From NCBI GenBank assembly GCA_965140705.1, contig OZ223300.1, positions 1,376,001 to 1,440,000 of the forward strand: DNA of 64,000 nucleotides. The letters are read 5' to 3'. The position numbers and the translations under genes were made by a program. The notes below the pieces were generated by a model. It was given only the letters and a program-made list of their open reading frames with translations. It searched no databases and had not been told where the DNA came from. Source of the stretch: an uncultured Arcobacter sp. (lineage in GTDB: Bacteria > Campylobacterota > Campylobacteria > Campylobacterales > Arcobacteraceae). How positions within the stretch are numbered: the first letter of the stretch is position 1; the number at the start of each line of letters is the position of its first letter. Shown piece by piece: positions 43,114-53,676 of this stretch.

Positions 43114-44412
43114 ATGTTTTTACATAGAGAAAATGAACTTGAAATATTACAAAAAGACTTCTCTATCCCTAACTCATCATTTAATTTTATTTTTGGAAGA
43201 AGAAAGATAGGTAAGACCTCTTTTATCAACTCTTACATAAGTGATAAAAATAGCTTTTATATCTCTTTTTTAGAGATGATGAATTTGATTACTTTTCAAA
43301 CTATCCATAAAAATATCGAAAACCATTTAAATAAAAAAGTGGAATCTTTTGATACTTTTGAATCCTTTTTAAAAGTAATAGCACAAGTGAACTTTGAAGA
43401 AAAATTGATATTAGTATTAGATGACTTTCAAAACCTAATCAAAGTAGAAAAAGATGCTTTAAGTCTTTTTTATAAGACTTGGAATAAAGAACTGAGTTAT
43501 TCAAATATCCAAGTTATTATTTTATCTTCTATTTGTTCTAGTAATAAAGATGATGAGTATATTTATAAAAAATCTTCAAATATAATAAAACTAGACAAAT
43601 TACCATATTCTAGTATTAAAGAGTTTGTTCCTGATATTCAATCTGGTGATATGATGCATATATTTAGTGCTTATGGGACAAATCCTGACTACTTAAAACT
43701 ATATGACCCTAAGAAAGATTTTGTATCAAATATAAAAGAGAGTTTTTTAAGTTATGATGGAGTTTTTTTCAATGAAGGTATGGACTTTTTGAAAAAAGAT
43801 TTAAATGAAATCTCAACATACTCTTCAATACTCTATGCAATAGCTTTAGGAAATAGTAAAATTGGAGCAATAGCAGACTTTTTAAACCTAAAATCAACCT
43901 ATCTTACAAGATATTTACAAAAACTAATTGACATAATGATTATCAAAAAATATGTACCTATAAATGAAGATATAAAAAAGAGCAAGTTTGGAAGATATGA
44001 GATTGAAGATAATTTTATTAAATTTTGGTTTTGTTATATCTATCCAAATTATTCAACTCTTCAAAAGGGTGATACTAATAGTGTGATTAGTAATATAAAA
44101 GAAGACTTTACAAAACGACTTGTACAAAATAGTTATAAAATGCATATTTTGAGCCTAATAAAAAATGATCCATATAAATACTTAGGTTTTATTCCAAATA
44201 ATCTTGGAAGTTGGTGGAATAATAAAGATACCAATATCGATATTATTGCTTATGATTATAAAAATATTATCTTTATTGATACAAAGTGGAGAGATACTCA
44301 AGAACTAGAAGAAAGCTATGCTATATTAAAAAATAAATCCGATGAATTTAAAACTACTCTAAATAAAAAATATATCATATTCTCGAAAATTTCCCCTACG
44401 AAATTTAGCTAA
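43114..44412 (+). CDS. Archaeal-type ATPase with HTH and DUF234 domain
   Basis: F..RE.EL..L, GRRKIGKT, LVLDDFQ, Y.I.DNF.KFWF..IYPN, GSWW. Confidence 0.85.
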   Translation: MFLHRENELEILQKDFSIPNSSFNFIFGRRKIGKTSFINSYISDKNSFYISFLEMMNLITFQTIHKNIENHLNKKVESFDTFESFLKVIAQVNFEEKLILVLDDFQNLIKVEKDALSLFYKTWNKELSYSNIQVIILSSICSSNKDDEYIYKKSSNIIKLDKLPYSSIKEFVPDIQSGDMMHIFSAYGTNPDYLKLYDPKKDFVSNIKESFLSYDGVFFNEGMDFLKKDLNEISTYSSILYAIALGNSKIGAIADFLNLKSTYLTRYLQKLIDIMIIKKYVPINEDIKKSKFGRYEIEDNFIKFWFCYIYPNYSTLQKGDTNSVISNIKEDFTKRLVQNSYKMHILSLIKNDPYKYLGFIPNNLGSWWNNKDTNIDIIAYDYKNIIFIDTKWRDTQELEESYAILKNKSDEFKTTLNKKYIIFSKISPTKFS

Positions 44413-44422
44413 AGGATTTTAT

Positions 44423-46033
44423 GTGGCTACAAGTATTACAGTTAAAAGTCCAAATGGTGAAAGCACAATATATGAAGTTAGCTTATTTGATGTAATAGAT
44501 ATAAAAAAAGGTGACTATGTACTTGTACCTGAGCGACCTGAATTATTAGACTTAGAAATTATTGATGACTCTTTAAAAATAAATTTCCCAGATGAAAATA
44601 GTGTAGTAGTGAAAGATATAATTACTTTTATCAAGCAAAATAGTTCAACAGATACCCATGGTCTTATGGATAAATTAGATACCTCTGCCATATCTTTTTT
44701 AGATGAAAAAGGTGATTTTGAAGAGATAGATTTAGTAGATAAACTTTTAACCCTGATTGAAAAATCACCAAAAGCTAATGAAAGCCTTTCTCCTACTGAA
44801 AATAATGAAAGTGACACTAATGTATCAGATACTAATATTACAAGTGATAATAGACCCACAATAAGAGGTATAACTGAAAGTGGTGCAAGAGTAACTATCA
44901 CAGATGATGCTGGAAATGTTTTAGGAAGTACAATAGCAGATGAAGATGGAAATTATTTAATAACGACAAGTGAACTTTCAAATGGAACACAAAACTTGAA
45001 AATAACAGCCACTGATAAAGAAGGGAATTCAGGAACAGAGATTCAAACTATCACTGTAAATAGCTCAGAATTAGATATCAAAAAATTTGAGATAACAAAC
45101 ATATCAGATGCAAATGAAGAGTACTCTTATATAAATATAAGTGGCAAAGGATTGGAAAGTAAAAATAGTGTATCAATATTTGATGAAGATGGTATCAAAG
45201 TTGCCACAACAACCATACGAGAAGATAGAACTTGGAGCGTAGGTATCTCAAACTTTGCAGGAACACCTGTAAGTAATAAAGAGTTTTTTAAAGCAATAGA
45301 GAATGATATAGCAGGAAATGAGATAGCACAAATAGATAGTAATCATTACTGGAATGAAAAGCTAACTTCTTTAGATGAGGAATCAACAGATGAGTTTGAG
45401 ACGGTAGATATTGTAGATGAAGAGAGTAATATAGATACAATAGCATCTGTTGAAAATGAAAGTATGCTAAGTGATGCTGAAGTTGAGAATGATGTTTCAG
45501 AAGATGATATGACAAGCGTATTTGATGAATTAGCTATTGTAGAGAGTTTAGAAAATAGTATTGAAGAATATGGAAGTGATGAAAGTATTTCTATTGATGA
45601 AGAAGATATTGAGTATGAAGATGATCTTAGTTACATAGAAGATGACTTTTTAAATGATGTTCAAATAGAATCTCTTCCTACTACTAAAGATTTGACTTTA
45701 ACTGGTATGGAAGAAAGTGTTGAAGATGAAATATTAGAGCAGTCAAATAATGAGCAAACAAAAAAAGAAAATGACGATGTACCTCTTCATGTAGAAGAGT
45801 CAGAAGTAGAAACTTCTATGGATAATGAGATATCAATAGATGATACTACAGATAATAACGATGAGATAGATTTAAGCGTACCAGTTGATGAAACAGAAGA
45901 AGTACAAAAATACGCAAAAGATTGGCTAAAAACAGGCGTTCAAGTAAAAGATGGCGATGATATATTTGAGGTATGGACAAAAGATGACGCCACAGTATAT
46001 GTTGATATCTCAACGACACTAATAGATATCTAA
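44423..46033 (+). CDS. Acidic protein with bacterial Ig-like repeats (reduced adhesin-like)
   Basis: TSDNRPTIRG.TE.GA.VTITD..G..LGST.AD.DG.Y.IT...L..G......TATD..GN; Asp/Glu-rich tail. Confidence 0.7.
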   Translation: MATSITVKSPNGESTIYEVSLFDVIDIKKGDYVLVPERPELLDLEIIDDSLKINFPDENSVVVKDIITFIKQNSSTDTHGLMDKLDTSAISFLDEKGDFEEIDLVDKLLTLIEKSPKANESLSPTENNESDTNVSDTNITSDNRPTIRGITESGARVTITDDAGNVLGSTIADEDGNYLITTSELSNGTQNLKITATDKEGNSGTEIQTITVNSSELDIKKFEITNISDANEEYSYINISGKGLESKNSVSIFDEDGIKVATTTIREDRTWSVGISNFAGTPVSNKEFFKAIENDIAGNEIAQIDSNHYWNEKLTSLDEESTDEFETVDIVDEESNIDTIASVENESMLSDAEVENDVSEDDMTSVFDELAIVESLENSIEEYGSDESISIDEEDIEYEDDLSYIEDDFLNDVQIESLPTTKDLTLTGMEESVEDEILEQSNNEQTKKENDDVPLHVEESEVETSMDNEISIDDTTDNNDEIDLSVPVDETEEVQKYAKDWLKTGVQVKDGDDIFEVWTKDDATVYVDISTTLIDI

Positions 46034-46125
46034 ACTAAAAAAAGAGATATTCAGCCTCTTTTTCTTAAATTTCCCCTTACTTTTAAGCATAAATAAAAAG
46101 AATCTAAACTATAATTCCACTCTTC

Positions 46126-46201
46126 GACCCCGTCGTCTAGTGGCCAAGGACGACAGGATTTCCTCCTGTAAACTCAAGTTCGAATCTTGATGGGGTCGCC
46201 A
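46126..46201 (+). tRNA. tRNA-Glu (TTC) with atypical anticodon loop
   Basis: GACCCCG/TGGGGTC acceptor, G discriminator and CCA, Glu-type D arm, ACAGG-ATTTCCT-CCTGT, TCAAG-TTCGAAT-CTTGA; TATAAT at 46110. Confidence 0.85.
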
Positions 46202-46268
46202 TTCACACGTACTATAGCTACGCACTTTCTAAGAAAAATAACTATTTAAATTATCTTAAATAAATCTT

Positions 46269-46293
46269 AATGGTGATACTTTTGGTGATACTT
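46269..46293 (+). repeat. Putative integrase arm-type sites, left
   Basis: AATGGTGATACTTTTGGTGATACTT, identical to 54683-54707. Confidence 0.7.
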
Positions 46294-46576
46294 CTTAAAA
46301 TCTACTTATAAATTTATTTTTGTGACGTACTATTTGACATGAATTTGATATATTTAATTGATAAAGAATTAATAAATTAATAACTATTTTAACGATATTA
46401 TTAGTGATAAAAAAGTTTTATATTTTAATATTTTAATTATGGATTTTATTTTTAAATATTACATGAAACTTTTATTGAAAAGTAGAGTGTTATAAGCTTT
46501 TTAATTATTAGGATAAATATATCAATGATATGTAGTAATTGTCTGAATATATTCTTGAAAATAGAATGCTTTTATT

Positions 46577-46825
46577 ATGGTAAGTCTATCTTTAGCCTTA
46601 GGACTATCAAGTCTGGCAAGCCAAAAGATAAGTATAGATTTACTTTTCTTAGATGAAGGGTTTAGAACACTAGATAGCGATAGCCTAAAACTAGCACTAA
46701 ATCAACTACAAAGTTTAGGAAAGATGGTAGGTGTGATTTCCCATGTGGAAGCACTAAAAGAACGAATTCCATTACAAATAAAGGTTGAGTCTAAGGGTGA
46801 TGGGACGAGTGGTCTAAATTTATAA
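46577..46825 (+). pseudogene. 3' fragment of an E. coli-type sbcC
   Basis: SLSLALGLS, LFLDEGFRTLD, VGVISHVEALKERIP; only the last 82 aa, Walker A half absent. Confidence 0.85.
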
Positions 46826-46836
46826 AAAGAGTGATA

Positions 46837-49800
46837 ATGATAAAACCAAACTGGAAAATATTTCAAGCCAAATTTAGTGATAATACTACAGAAAATTTTG
46901 AATGGTTTTCTTACTTATTATTTTGTAAACAATATAAACAGTCTCATGGAATTTTTCGTTATAAGAATCAATCTGCAATAGAAACAAATCCTATTGAAAT
47001 TGATAATGAAGTAATAGGTTGGCAAGCAAAATTTTATGAAGTACGAATTTCTGAGCATAAAAAAGATTTACTTGATACAATAGATAAGGCAAGAAGAGAT
47101 TATCCTAATATAACAAAGCTTTTAATTTATACTAATCAAGAATGGGGACAAGATAAAGGTAAAAAACCAAAAGGTCAGGTTGAAGTAGAAAACAAAGCTA
47201 AGAGTTCAGGTATTGAATTAGAATGGAGAGCTCCAAGCTTTTTTGAGTCTGAATTTGTATGTGACGAAAATAAAAATATATCACAACACTTTTTTTCCCT
47301 TGATAAGAGTATTTTTAATTTAATTGAAGAGCAAGAAGTTCATAATGAGAATATATTATCCGAAATACGTTCAAGTATTCACTTTAAAAGTCATGAGATA
47401 GATTTAGATAGAACTATAGAATTAGAAAAACTAAAAAATGAAACAAAGCAAATAAAAATTTTGAGTGGAGTTGGTGGAGTTGGTAAAACAGCTGTAATAA
47501 AAAAATTATATGATGAATTAGATGAAGAGAGCTCTTTTTTTGTATTTAAAGCAACAGAATTTGAAGTAAGACATATTAATGATTTGTTTAAAGATTTTAG
47601 TTTTTATGACTTTGCAAATGCTTTAAAAGATGATACATCAAAAGTAGTTGTTATTGATTCTGCTGAAAAATTATTAGACTTAAATAATACAGACCCATTT
47701 AAAGAGTTTCTAACTGTTTTAATTAAAAATAAATGGCAAATTATATTTACAACAAGAGATCATTATCTAGAAAATCTTAATTATGACTTTTCAGAAATTT
47801 ATAATATCACGCCTATAAATATAAATATAGGAAACTTAAAAGAAGAAACACTTATTTCTCTTTCTAAAGAATATGACTTTTTTTTACCAAAAGATGAAAA
47901 ACTATGTGACTTAATAAAGAATCCTTTTTATTTGAGTGCATACTTAAAACACTATAATGAAGAATCTAGTAATTTAAATTATAGTGATTTTAAGACTAAA
48001 TTGTGGGCTAAAAATATAAAAAACAATAAACCTGAAAGGGAAAGATGCTTTTTTAAAGTAGCATTTGAAAGAGCAAATAGTGGTCAATTTTATATAAATC
48101 CAGACTTTGATTCAAGTATTTTATATGAACTTATACAAGATGGAGTTCTTGGATATGAAGAAATGGGTTATTTTATAACTCATGATATATATGAAGAATG
48201 GGCTTTAGAAAAAATTATAGAAAATTCTTTTCTTAAGAGAGCAAGTGAAGAAATTTTTTTTAATGAAATAGGACAATCTCTAGCAATAAGAAGAAGTTTT
48301 AGGAATTGGTTATCTGAAAAGCTTTTATTAGAGGATGAAAATATAAAACAGTTTATTGAAGATGTCATTGAGAATAAAGAGATTGATATTTTTTGGAAAG
48401 ATGAGGTTTTTGTATCAATATTGTTATCTAACTATTCAGAAGTATTTTTTGAACTCTTTGAAAATGAACTTTTAGAAAACAATCAAGAATTATTAAAAAG
48501 AATCACTTTTATATTAAGGCTTGCTTGCAAAGAAATTGATGATGAATTCTTTGAACAACTAGGTATAAGAGGATTAAATGTTCTTTCTTTTAAATATGCT
48601 TTTACAAAACCAAAAGGTCAAGGATGGAAATCAATAATAAATTTTGTGTTTAATAATATATCAAAAATAGGTATCAAAAACATCAATTTTATTTTACCAG
48701 TAGTGCATGATTGGAATAGTAAAGTAAAAGAGGGAAATACAACAAGAGTCTCAAGTTTAATTGCTTTACAGTTTTATGAATGGATAATAAAAGATGATGT
48801 TTATTGGTCTAAAAGAGAAACTGAAGAAAAACTATTACAAACTATTCTTTATGGAGCTTCAGAAATAAAAAATGAGTTAGAAACAATTTTTGATAATGTA
48901 ATTAAGAATAAATGGAATAAAAATAGAGACCCTTACTATAGTTTATCTGAGATGGTTTTAACTAAAATGGAAGGAGTCTCATTAGTTAAAGTTCTTCCTA
49001 AAAAAGTTTTAGAACTTGCAGAGTTATATTGGACACTTTCAGAAAAGAAAAAAGCTGATTTTTATAGTTCAAAAATGGAGGTTGATGAGTATTTTGGATT
49101 AGAAAAAAGTCGTTCTGACTATTATCCTGCAAGTGCATATCAAACGCCAATATATTGGTTGTTACAACACGACTTAATAAATACAATAGATTTTATTTTA
49201 AAGTTTGTAAATAAATCAGTTGAAGCTTATGCTAACTCTTCTTTTGATTCTTCTGTAAAACAAGTTAAAGTATATATCAATGAGGGAAATGTTAAAAAAC
49301 AGTATATGAGTAATTGTTTATGGCATATGTATAGAGGGGTTGGGTCTCCAGTAACTCCCTATCTACTTCAATCAATTCACATGGCATTAGAAAAGTTCAT
49401 TTTGGAAAATGCAAAATATACAAAAGATGAAGTTTTTGAGGGTTGGTTAATATTCCTTCTTATGAATTCTGAATCTGCTTCTATTTCTTCCGTTGTAGCT
49501 AGTATTGTTCTTGCATATCCTGATAAAACATTTAATGTTGCAAAAATATTATTCAATACAAAAGAATTTATAATAGAAGATAAACATAGAATTGTATTGG
49601 AGAATAGGACAGAATCTTTATATTCTATAGGTAAAAATTGGGGTGTTAATAATCATGAATTATATGATAATGAAAGGCTTAAAACTTGTAAAGATAAACA
49701 TCGTGAAACGTGTTTAGAAGATCTTTTTCTAAAATATCAATGTTTTAGAAATGAAGGTGTATCGGAAGAAGAAGCTGAAGAAAGACAAAAAAGATTATGG

Positions 49801-51525
49801 GAGATACTAGATAATTATTATGAACAGTTATCTAAGGATGACTCAGAAAAAACATGGAGGCTTTTTCTAGCTCGTATGGATAGAAGAAAGATGACTATTA
49901 CCACTGAAAAAGTTGATAAAGGTGTACAAATCCAATTCAATCCTGAACTTGATGATGATTTAAAAAACTATAGTGAAGAAAGTAGAAAAGATAGTTTTGA
50001 ACCTTTTAAATATAGCACATTAAATCTTTGGGCTAGTTATAGGTTGGAAAAAGAAGAAAAATATAAAGAATACGAACAATATGAAAATAATCCTAAACAA
50101 GCATTTATTGAATTAAAGGAATTAATTGAAAAGTTTAACAATGAACCAACTAAAGAGTTTATAATGGTTAATCGTTCAACACCTTCTTTTGTTTGTTCTG
50201 TATTACTACGAGATTTTATTGAGAAATTAAATGAAGAAGAAAAGATTTTTTGTAAAGATATAGTTATAGAGATGGCAAAGTCTGCATTTAACAAAAACTA
50301 TAATTATCAAATTTCTGATGGTATACAAGAATCCTTTTCCTTACTTCCCATTGTGATGAATGAATTTCCTGATGATAAACCAAATGTTAAAATATTATTA
50401 CTATTAGGGTTATTTAAACAAGATAGAGTAGGTGGTATGATGGATAATCATAGCTTTAGTATTTTCCCGACAGTAGCAATTCATCAACTATGGAAAAGTT
50501 CTTTTGAAGATGCACAATCTTTACTTATTGGATATATTTTATTATTACCTAAATTTGATGAACTGTTTTCTAAAATAAGAGAAGAAAATTATCAAAAGAA
50601 TATTTATCGCTTAAATACTAATCAAATACTAGAAAGATTTTTAGATGAAAATACAAAAGCTATTGAAGATGTTGTAAATTGTGAATTAGAATTAGATGAG
50701 ATAGATATACAAAAACTAGATTTAAATGACTTAAATACTTTATTTAAATTAATTCCTTCAGACACAAAAAATGAATTACAAAAAGATATTGTAAAAAATA
50801 TAGTTTTTATTTTTTCTGAAAAGATTTTTTCAGATGAAGATGATGAAAAAATAGATTACATGGATAAACACAATTTCTTAAAGAATTATGCGCATTTTGT
50901 ATTGAATCTAGAACAAAATGAGATAAAAGATTTCATAGAACCTTTTATCAATAAATTTAATCAATCAGAAACAATGGCAGATTTACTAAAAGAATTTGTT
51001 CTTGCAGAAGACTATTTAAATACATATGACAATTTTTGGATTGTTTGGAATATTTTTAAAGAAAAAATATTTGAAATTTCACAAAAGGGAGATGGATATT
51101 GGTATGTTGATAAAATTATTAGAAGTTATCTTTTTGCAGAAGTACCTTGGAAAGAAGATGCAAAAGAGTGGCGTTCTTTTAAAGAAAAACAAAAAAGATT
51201 TTTTAGAGAGGTTTCAAGTAAAATAGGGCATTGTCCCTCTACATTATATTCTATTTCTAAATTGTTGAATGATATTGGTAGCATTTATTTAGATGATGGT
51301 ATAGGTTGGTTCTCAACTATGCTAGAAGACAAAAACTATATTACTAAAAAATTAGAAACTAATACGATTTATTATTTAGAAAACTCAGTAAAAAGATATA
51401 TTTTTAAAAATCGTGAAGCTATAAAAAGGAGTGTTACTTTAAAAAATAAGCTCCTTGTAATATTAAATTTTTTAATTGAAAAAGGTTCTGTAACAGGATA
51501 TATGTTAAGAGAAAGTATTATCTAG
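46837..51525 (+). CDS. avs4: AVAST type 4 anti-phage STAND NTPase/nuclease
   Basis: IKPNW..F.AKFS....NFEWF.YLLFC, GIFRYKNQ..IET.PI, GWQAKFY nuclease; GVGGVGKT, VVIDSAE; ends GSVTGYMLRESI; about 1560 aa. Confidence 0.9.
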   Translation: MIKPNWKIFQAKFSDNTTENFEWFSYLLFCKQYKQSHGIFRYKNQSAIETNPIEIDNEVIGWQAKFYEVRISEHKKDLLDTIDKARRDYPNITKLLIYTNQEWGQDKGKKPKGQVEVENKAKSSGIELEWRAPSFFESEFVCDENKNISQHFFSLDKSIFNLIEEQEVHNENILSEIRSSIHFKSHEIDLDRTIELEKLKNETKQIKILSGVGGVGKTAVIKKLYDELDEESSFFVFKATEFEVRHINDLFKDFSFYDFANALKDDTSKVVVIDSAEKLLDLNNTDPFKEFLTVLIKNKWQIIFTTRDHYLENLNYDFSEIYNITPININIGNLKEETLISLSKEYDFFLPKDEKLCDLIKNPFYLSAYLKHYNEESSNLNYSDFKTKLWAKNIKNNKPERERCFFKVAFERANSGQFYINPDFDSSILYELIQDGVLGYEEMGYFITHDIYEEWALEKIIENSFLKRASEEIFFNEIGQSLAIRRSFRNWLSEKLLLEDENIKQFIEDVIENKEIDIFWKDEVFVSILLSNYSEVFFELFENELLENNQELLKRITFILRLACKEIDDEFFEQLGIRGLNVLSFKYAFTKPKGQGWKSIINFVFNNISKIGIKNINFILPVVHDWNSKVKEGNTTRVSSLIALQFYEWIIKDDVYWSKRETEEKLLQTILYGASEIKNELETIFDNVIKNKWNKNRDPYYSLSEMVLTKMEGVSLVKVLPKKVLELAELYWTLSEKKKADFYSSKMEVDEYFGLEKSRSDYYPASAYQTPIYWLLQHDLINTIDFILKFVNKSVEAYANSSFDSSVKQVKVYINEGNVKKQYMSNCLWHMYRGVGSPVTPYLLQSIHMALEKFILENAKYTKDEVFEGWLIFLLMNSESASISSVVASIVLAYPDKTFNVAKILFNTKEFIIEDKHRIVLENRTESLYSIGKNWGVNNHELYDNERLKTCKDKHRETCLEDLFLKYQCFRNEGVSEEEAEERQKRLWEILDNYYEQLSKDDSEKTWRLFLARMDRRKMTITTEKVDKGVQIQFNPELDDDLKNYSEESRKDSFEPFKYSTLNLWASYRLEKEEKYKEYEQYENNPKQAFIELKELIEKFNNEPTKEFIMVNRSTPSFVCSVLLRDFIEKLNEEEKIFCKDIVIEMAKSAFNKNYNYQISDGIQESFSLLPIVMNEFPDDKPNVKILLLLGLFKQDRVGGMMDNHSFSIFPTVAIHQLWKSSFEDAQSLLIGYILLLPKFDELFSKIREENYQKNIYRLNTNQILERFLDENTKAIEDVVNCELELDEIDIQKLDLNDLNTLFKLIPSDTKNELQKDIVKNIVFIFSEKIFSDEDDEKIDYMDKHNFLKNYAHFVLNLEQNEIKDFIEPFINKFNQSETMADLLKEFVLAEDYLNTYDNFWIVWNIFKEKIFEISQKGDGYWYVDKIIRSYLFAEVPWKEDAKEWRSFKEKQKRFFREVSSKIGHCPSTLYSISKLLNDIGSIYLDDGIGWFSTMLEDKNYITKKLETNTIYYLENSVKRYIFKNREAIKRSVTLKNKLLVILNFLIEKGSVTGYMLRESII

Positions 51526-51539
51526 AAAAGTAAAATAAA

Positions 51540-51890
51540 ATGAACCTATCTAAATCCGTCTACACAAAAGGCATTCAATGCCCCAAAGCACTTTGGCTTA
51601 AAAAATATAAGCCAAGTGTTTTAACACCACCAGATGAACAAGCACAGGCTATATTTGAAACTAGAAATATAGTAGGTGACTTTGCTTACCAACTTTTTCT
51701 TGATGGTAAAGAAGTACCTTTTACAAGAGAATACGATAAGATGATAGCTACAACTAAAAAGTGGCTTAAGGAGAGATTGTCTAGTATCTATGAATCTACT
51801 TTTAACTATGAGGGAATTTTATTCATGGTAGATATTTTGACTATAAAAGATGGTGAAGATATTAAAAAAATTAAAGGAAATATGAAGTGA
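51540..51890 (+). pseudogene. 5' fragment of a DUF2779-type nuclease gene
   Basis: MNLSKS.YTKGIQCPKALWLKK, IYESTF.Y.G....VDIL, then truncation. Confidence 0.75.
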
Positions 51891-52570
51891 TTAATGATTT
51901 AACAAAATTAGATCAGGCGAGGAAAAATTTAATGTTGTTTACAACAATATTATTATTCCTATCTTTGTCGAAAATTAATATCAATACTTTTACTTTATTA
52001 GATATTACATTTGATTTGTCAAATGCACCTAAAGCTTTTAATAGCTTTAATGAAGTAGTGTCTTATTTAGTTGTTTATTTTTTTATTCGATTTGTCTCAA
52101 TAACATCGGAGTGTAAAGATTATCTGTTATATCCTAAAAGTACTCTTTTGAAAAATTCTAAAGAAGAGCTATCAGCAAGTTTAAAAATTTTTACTGAAAA
52201 AATTAATGATTTAGAAGATAAAAAGAATTTTGAAAGTGGTGTACACTTGAGTAGATATATAAGATATTTTACAATGTTTTTTGAAGAGTTGTTTTTACAT
52301 AAGAATTTTAGTATATTTATTCTACCAATTTTATATTATAGTGTAACAATGATCTATTTTTATATTTATACTGAAGCCACTTGGTGGATACATTTTACGC
52401 AACTTATTAATTTTTTTGGTGTAGTATATTTAATTATGGTTATGGGAATATTTTCACACCTAGAAAAAACTATTATTAAAGATAAAATTCGTAAATTAAA
52501 ATATCAACATGATTTAAAAGAAAAATATAAAAATGCAAAATTAGTTAGAAGAAATAAAATAAGGAAATAA
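51887..52570 (+). CDS. Hypothetical membrane protein
   Basis: About four TM segments; GTGA overlap with the upstream fragment. Confidence 0.65.
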   Translation: MINDLTKLDQARKNLMLFTTILLFLSLSKININTFTLLDITFDLSNAPKAFNSFNEVVSYLVVYFFIRFVSITSECKDYLLYPKSTLLKNSKEELSASLKIFTEKINDLEDKKNFESGVHLSRYIRYFTMFFEELFLHKNFSIFILPILYYSVTMIYFYIYTEATWWIHFTQLINFFGVVYLIMVMGIFSHLEKTIIKDKIRKLKYQHDLKEKYKNAKLVRRNKIRK

Positions 52571-52984
52571 ATGAATAAAATAAGTATTTTATGGAAAATA
52601 TATTATTGGTCTGTTCTGATATGTGTAATTGGAATGGTTGCTATGGCAATATTTGGTGATGAAGTTTTTTTTGTAGGAAATATATTTTCCAAAATCTATG
52701 ATTTTACTTTTGTTATAATTTTTATGATTAGTATTATGGGCTTACGTGGATATATTTATCAAAAAAGGTATTTTTCAAAGGATATTTGGATATTTATATT
52801 TTCTCTTATTTTAATTGATTTTATTGGTAATTTAATTTATGGATTCAAAAGTATACTTTTATTTCCACTATCGTATGTACTTCTTTATTCAACAATTATT
52901 TTTTTACTTGTATTACCATTTTATTATGCATTATATAAATATACATTTAAAATGAATGAAATGTGGAGCATAGAAAATGACTAA
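52571..52984 (+). CDS. Hypothetical four-TM membrane protein
   Basis: Hydrophobic helices; AAGGA RBS. Confidence 0.7.
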   Translation: MNKISILWKIYYWSVLICVIGMVAMAIFGDEVFFVGNIFSKIYDFTFVIIFMISIMGLRGYIYQKRYFSKDIWIFIFSLILIDFIGNLIYGFKSILLFPLSYVLLYSTIIFLLVLPFYYALYKYTFKMNEMWSIEND

Positions 52985-53294
52985 AAATAAAAAAATTGCA
53001 TCTATATTAATGACATTAATTGTTGGTGGAGTAGCGGGGCATCATATTGATGATATAGTAGAAAAATATAATTTAGAGATGGATAGATATCCATTGAAAG
53101 TTGAGTATAGCATACTAGATAGTTGCATATCAAATTATGATAAACCAATTAGTAGACGAGTGTATGGTAATAAAACAGATATTTGTATTTGTACATTAGA
53201 AAAAACAGAATTAGTACATAGTTATGCTGATTATAAGGTTGATAAAAATACTTTTTTAGATCTATTTGAAAAGTTTTCAAGAGAATGTATGTAA
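52977..53294 (+). CDS. Hypothetical exported Cys-containing protein
   Basis: N-terminal hydrophobic segment; RYP..VEY....CI, CIC. Confidence 0.65.
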   Translation: MTKNKKIASILMTLIVGGVAGHHIDDIVEKYNLEMDRYPLKVEYSILDSCISNYDKPISRRVYGNKTDICICTLEKTELVHSYADYKVDKNTFLDLFEKFSRECM

Positions 53295-53315
53295 CTATGA
53301 GGTAAAACCCCATAG

Positions 53316-53450
53316 TTATTTATCTCCAATATATGAATCATTATTTGGATTATGAGCATCTGCCCAATCATCTAAATCTGAATCATTATTAGGATTATTC
53401 ATATCTGAATAAATGTCTAATTCTTCTTGTATCATATCATCGGTATCCAT
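53316..53450 (-). CDS. 44-aa acidic protein with two NPNNDS motifs
   Basis: MDTDDMIQEELDIYSDMNNPNNDSDLDDWADAHNPNNDSYIGDK; GGAGG RBS favours ATG 53450 over 53534. Confidence 0.6.
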   Translation of the reverse strand: MDTDDMIQEELDIYSDMNNPNNDSDLDDWADAHNPNNDSYIGDK

Positions 53451-53451
53451 T

Positions 53452-53598
53452 TTATTTACCTCCTTTTTGTGAGTTTTTGGATGCCGCACTTTGTGCTTTT
53501 GCAGGAAAACTTCCTTTTGAAGTATTCCCTCCATTTTTTGCTGTTCCTGATTGAATTCTAGAAGCAGCTGCTTTTGTCATTGGAGTTTGTTTTGCCAT
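53452..53598 (-). CDS. 48-aa basic protein, SMP/seed-maturation-like (missed by ORF track)
   Basis: MAKQTPMTKAAASRIQSGTAKNGGNTSKGSFPAKAQSAASKNSQKGGK; AAGGAG RBS. Confidence 0.7.
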   Translation of the reverse strand: MAKQTPMTKAAASRIQSGTAKNGGNTSKGSFPAKAQSAASKNSQKGGK

Positions 53599-53676
53599 AA
53601 TAGGCTCCTTTTATTTATTTCCCTTAAAAGGGATAATGAAATTATAAAATATTAGTAAGGGACAATAGGGGACAAC

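Noticed and set aside
46036..46073. Similarity CAGCCTCTTTTTCT.AAATTTC to the left part of the 6018 element
   Set aside because: Short and low complexity; adequately explained as a terminator hairpin.
53451..53534. Longer 72-aa version of the NPNN protein
   Set aside because: This stretch is better explained by the 48-aa ORF in another frame; the GGAGG RBS supports ATG 53450.
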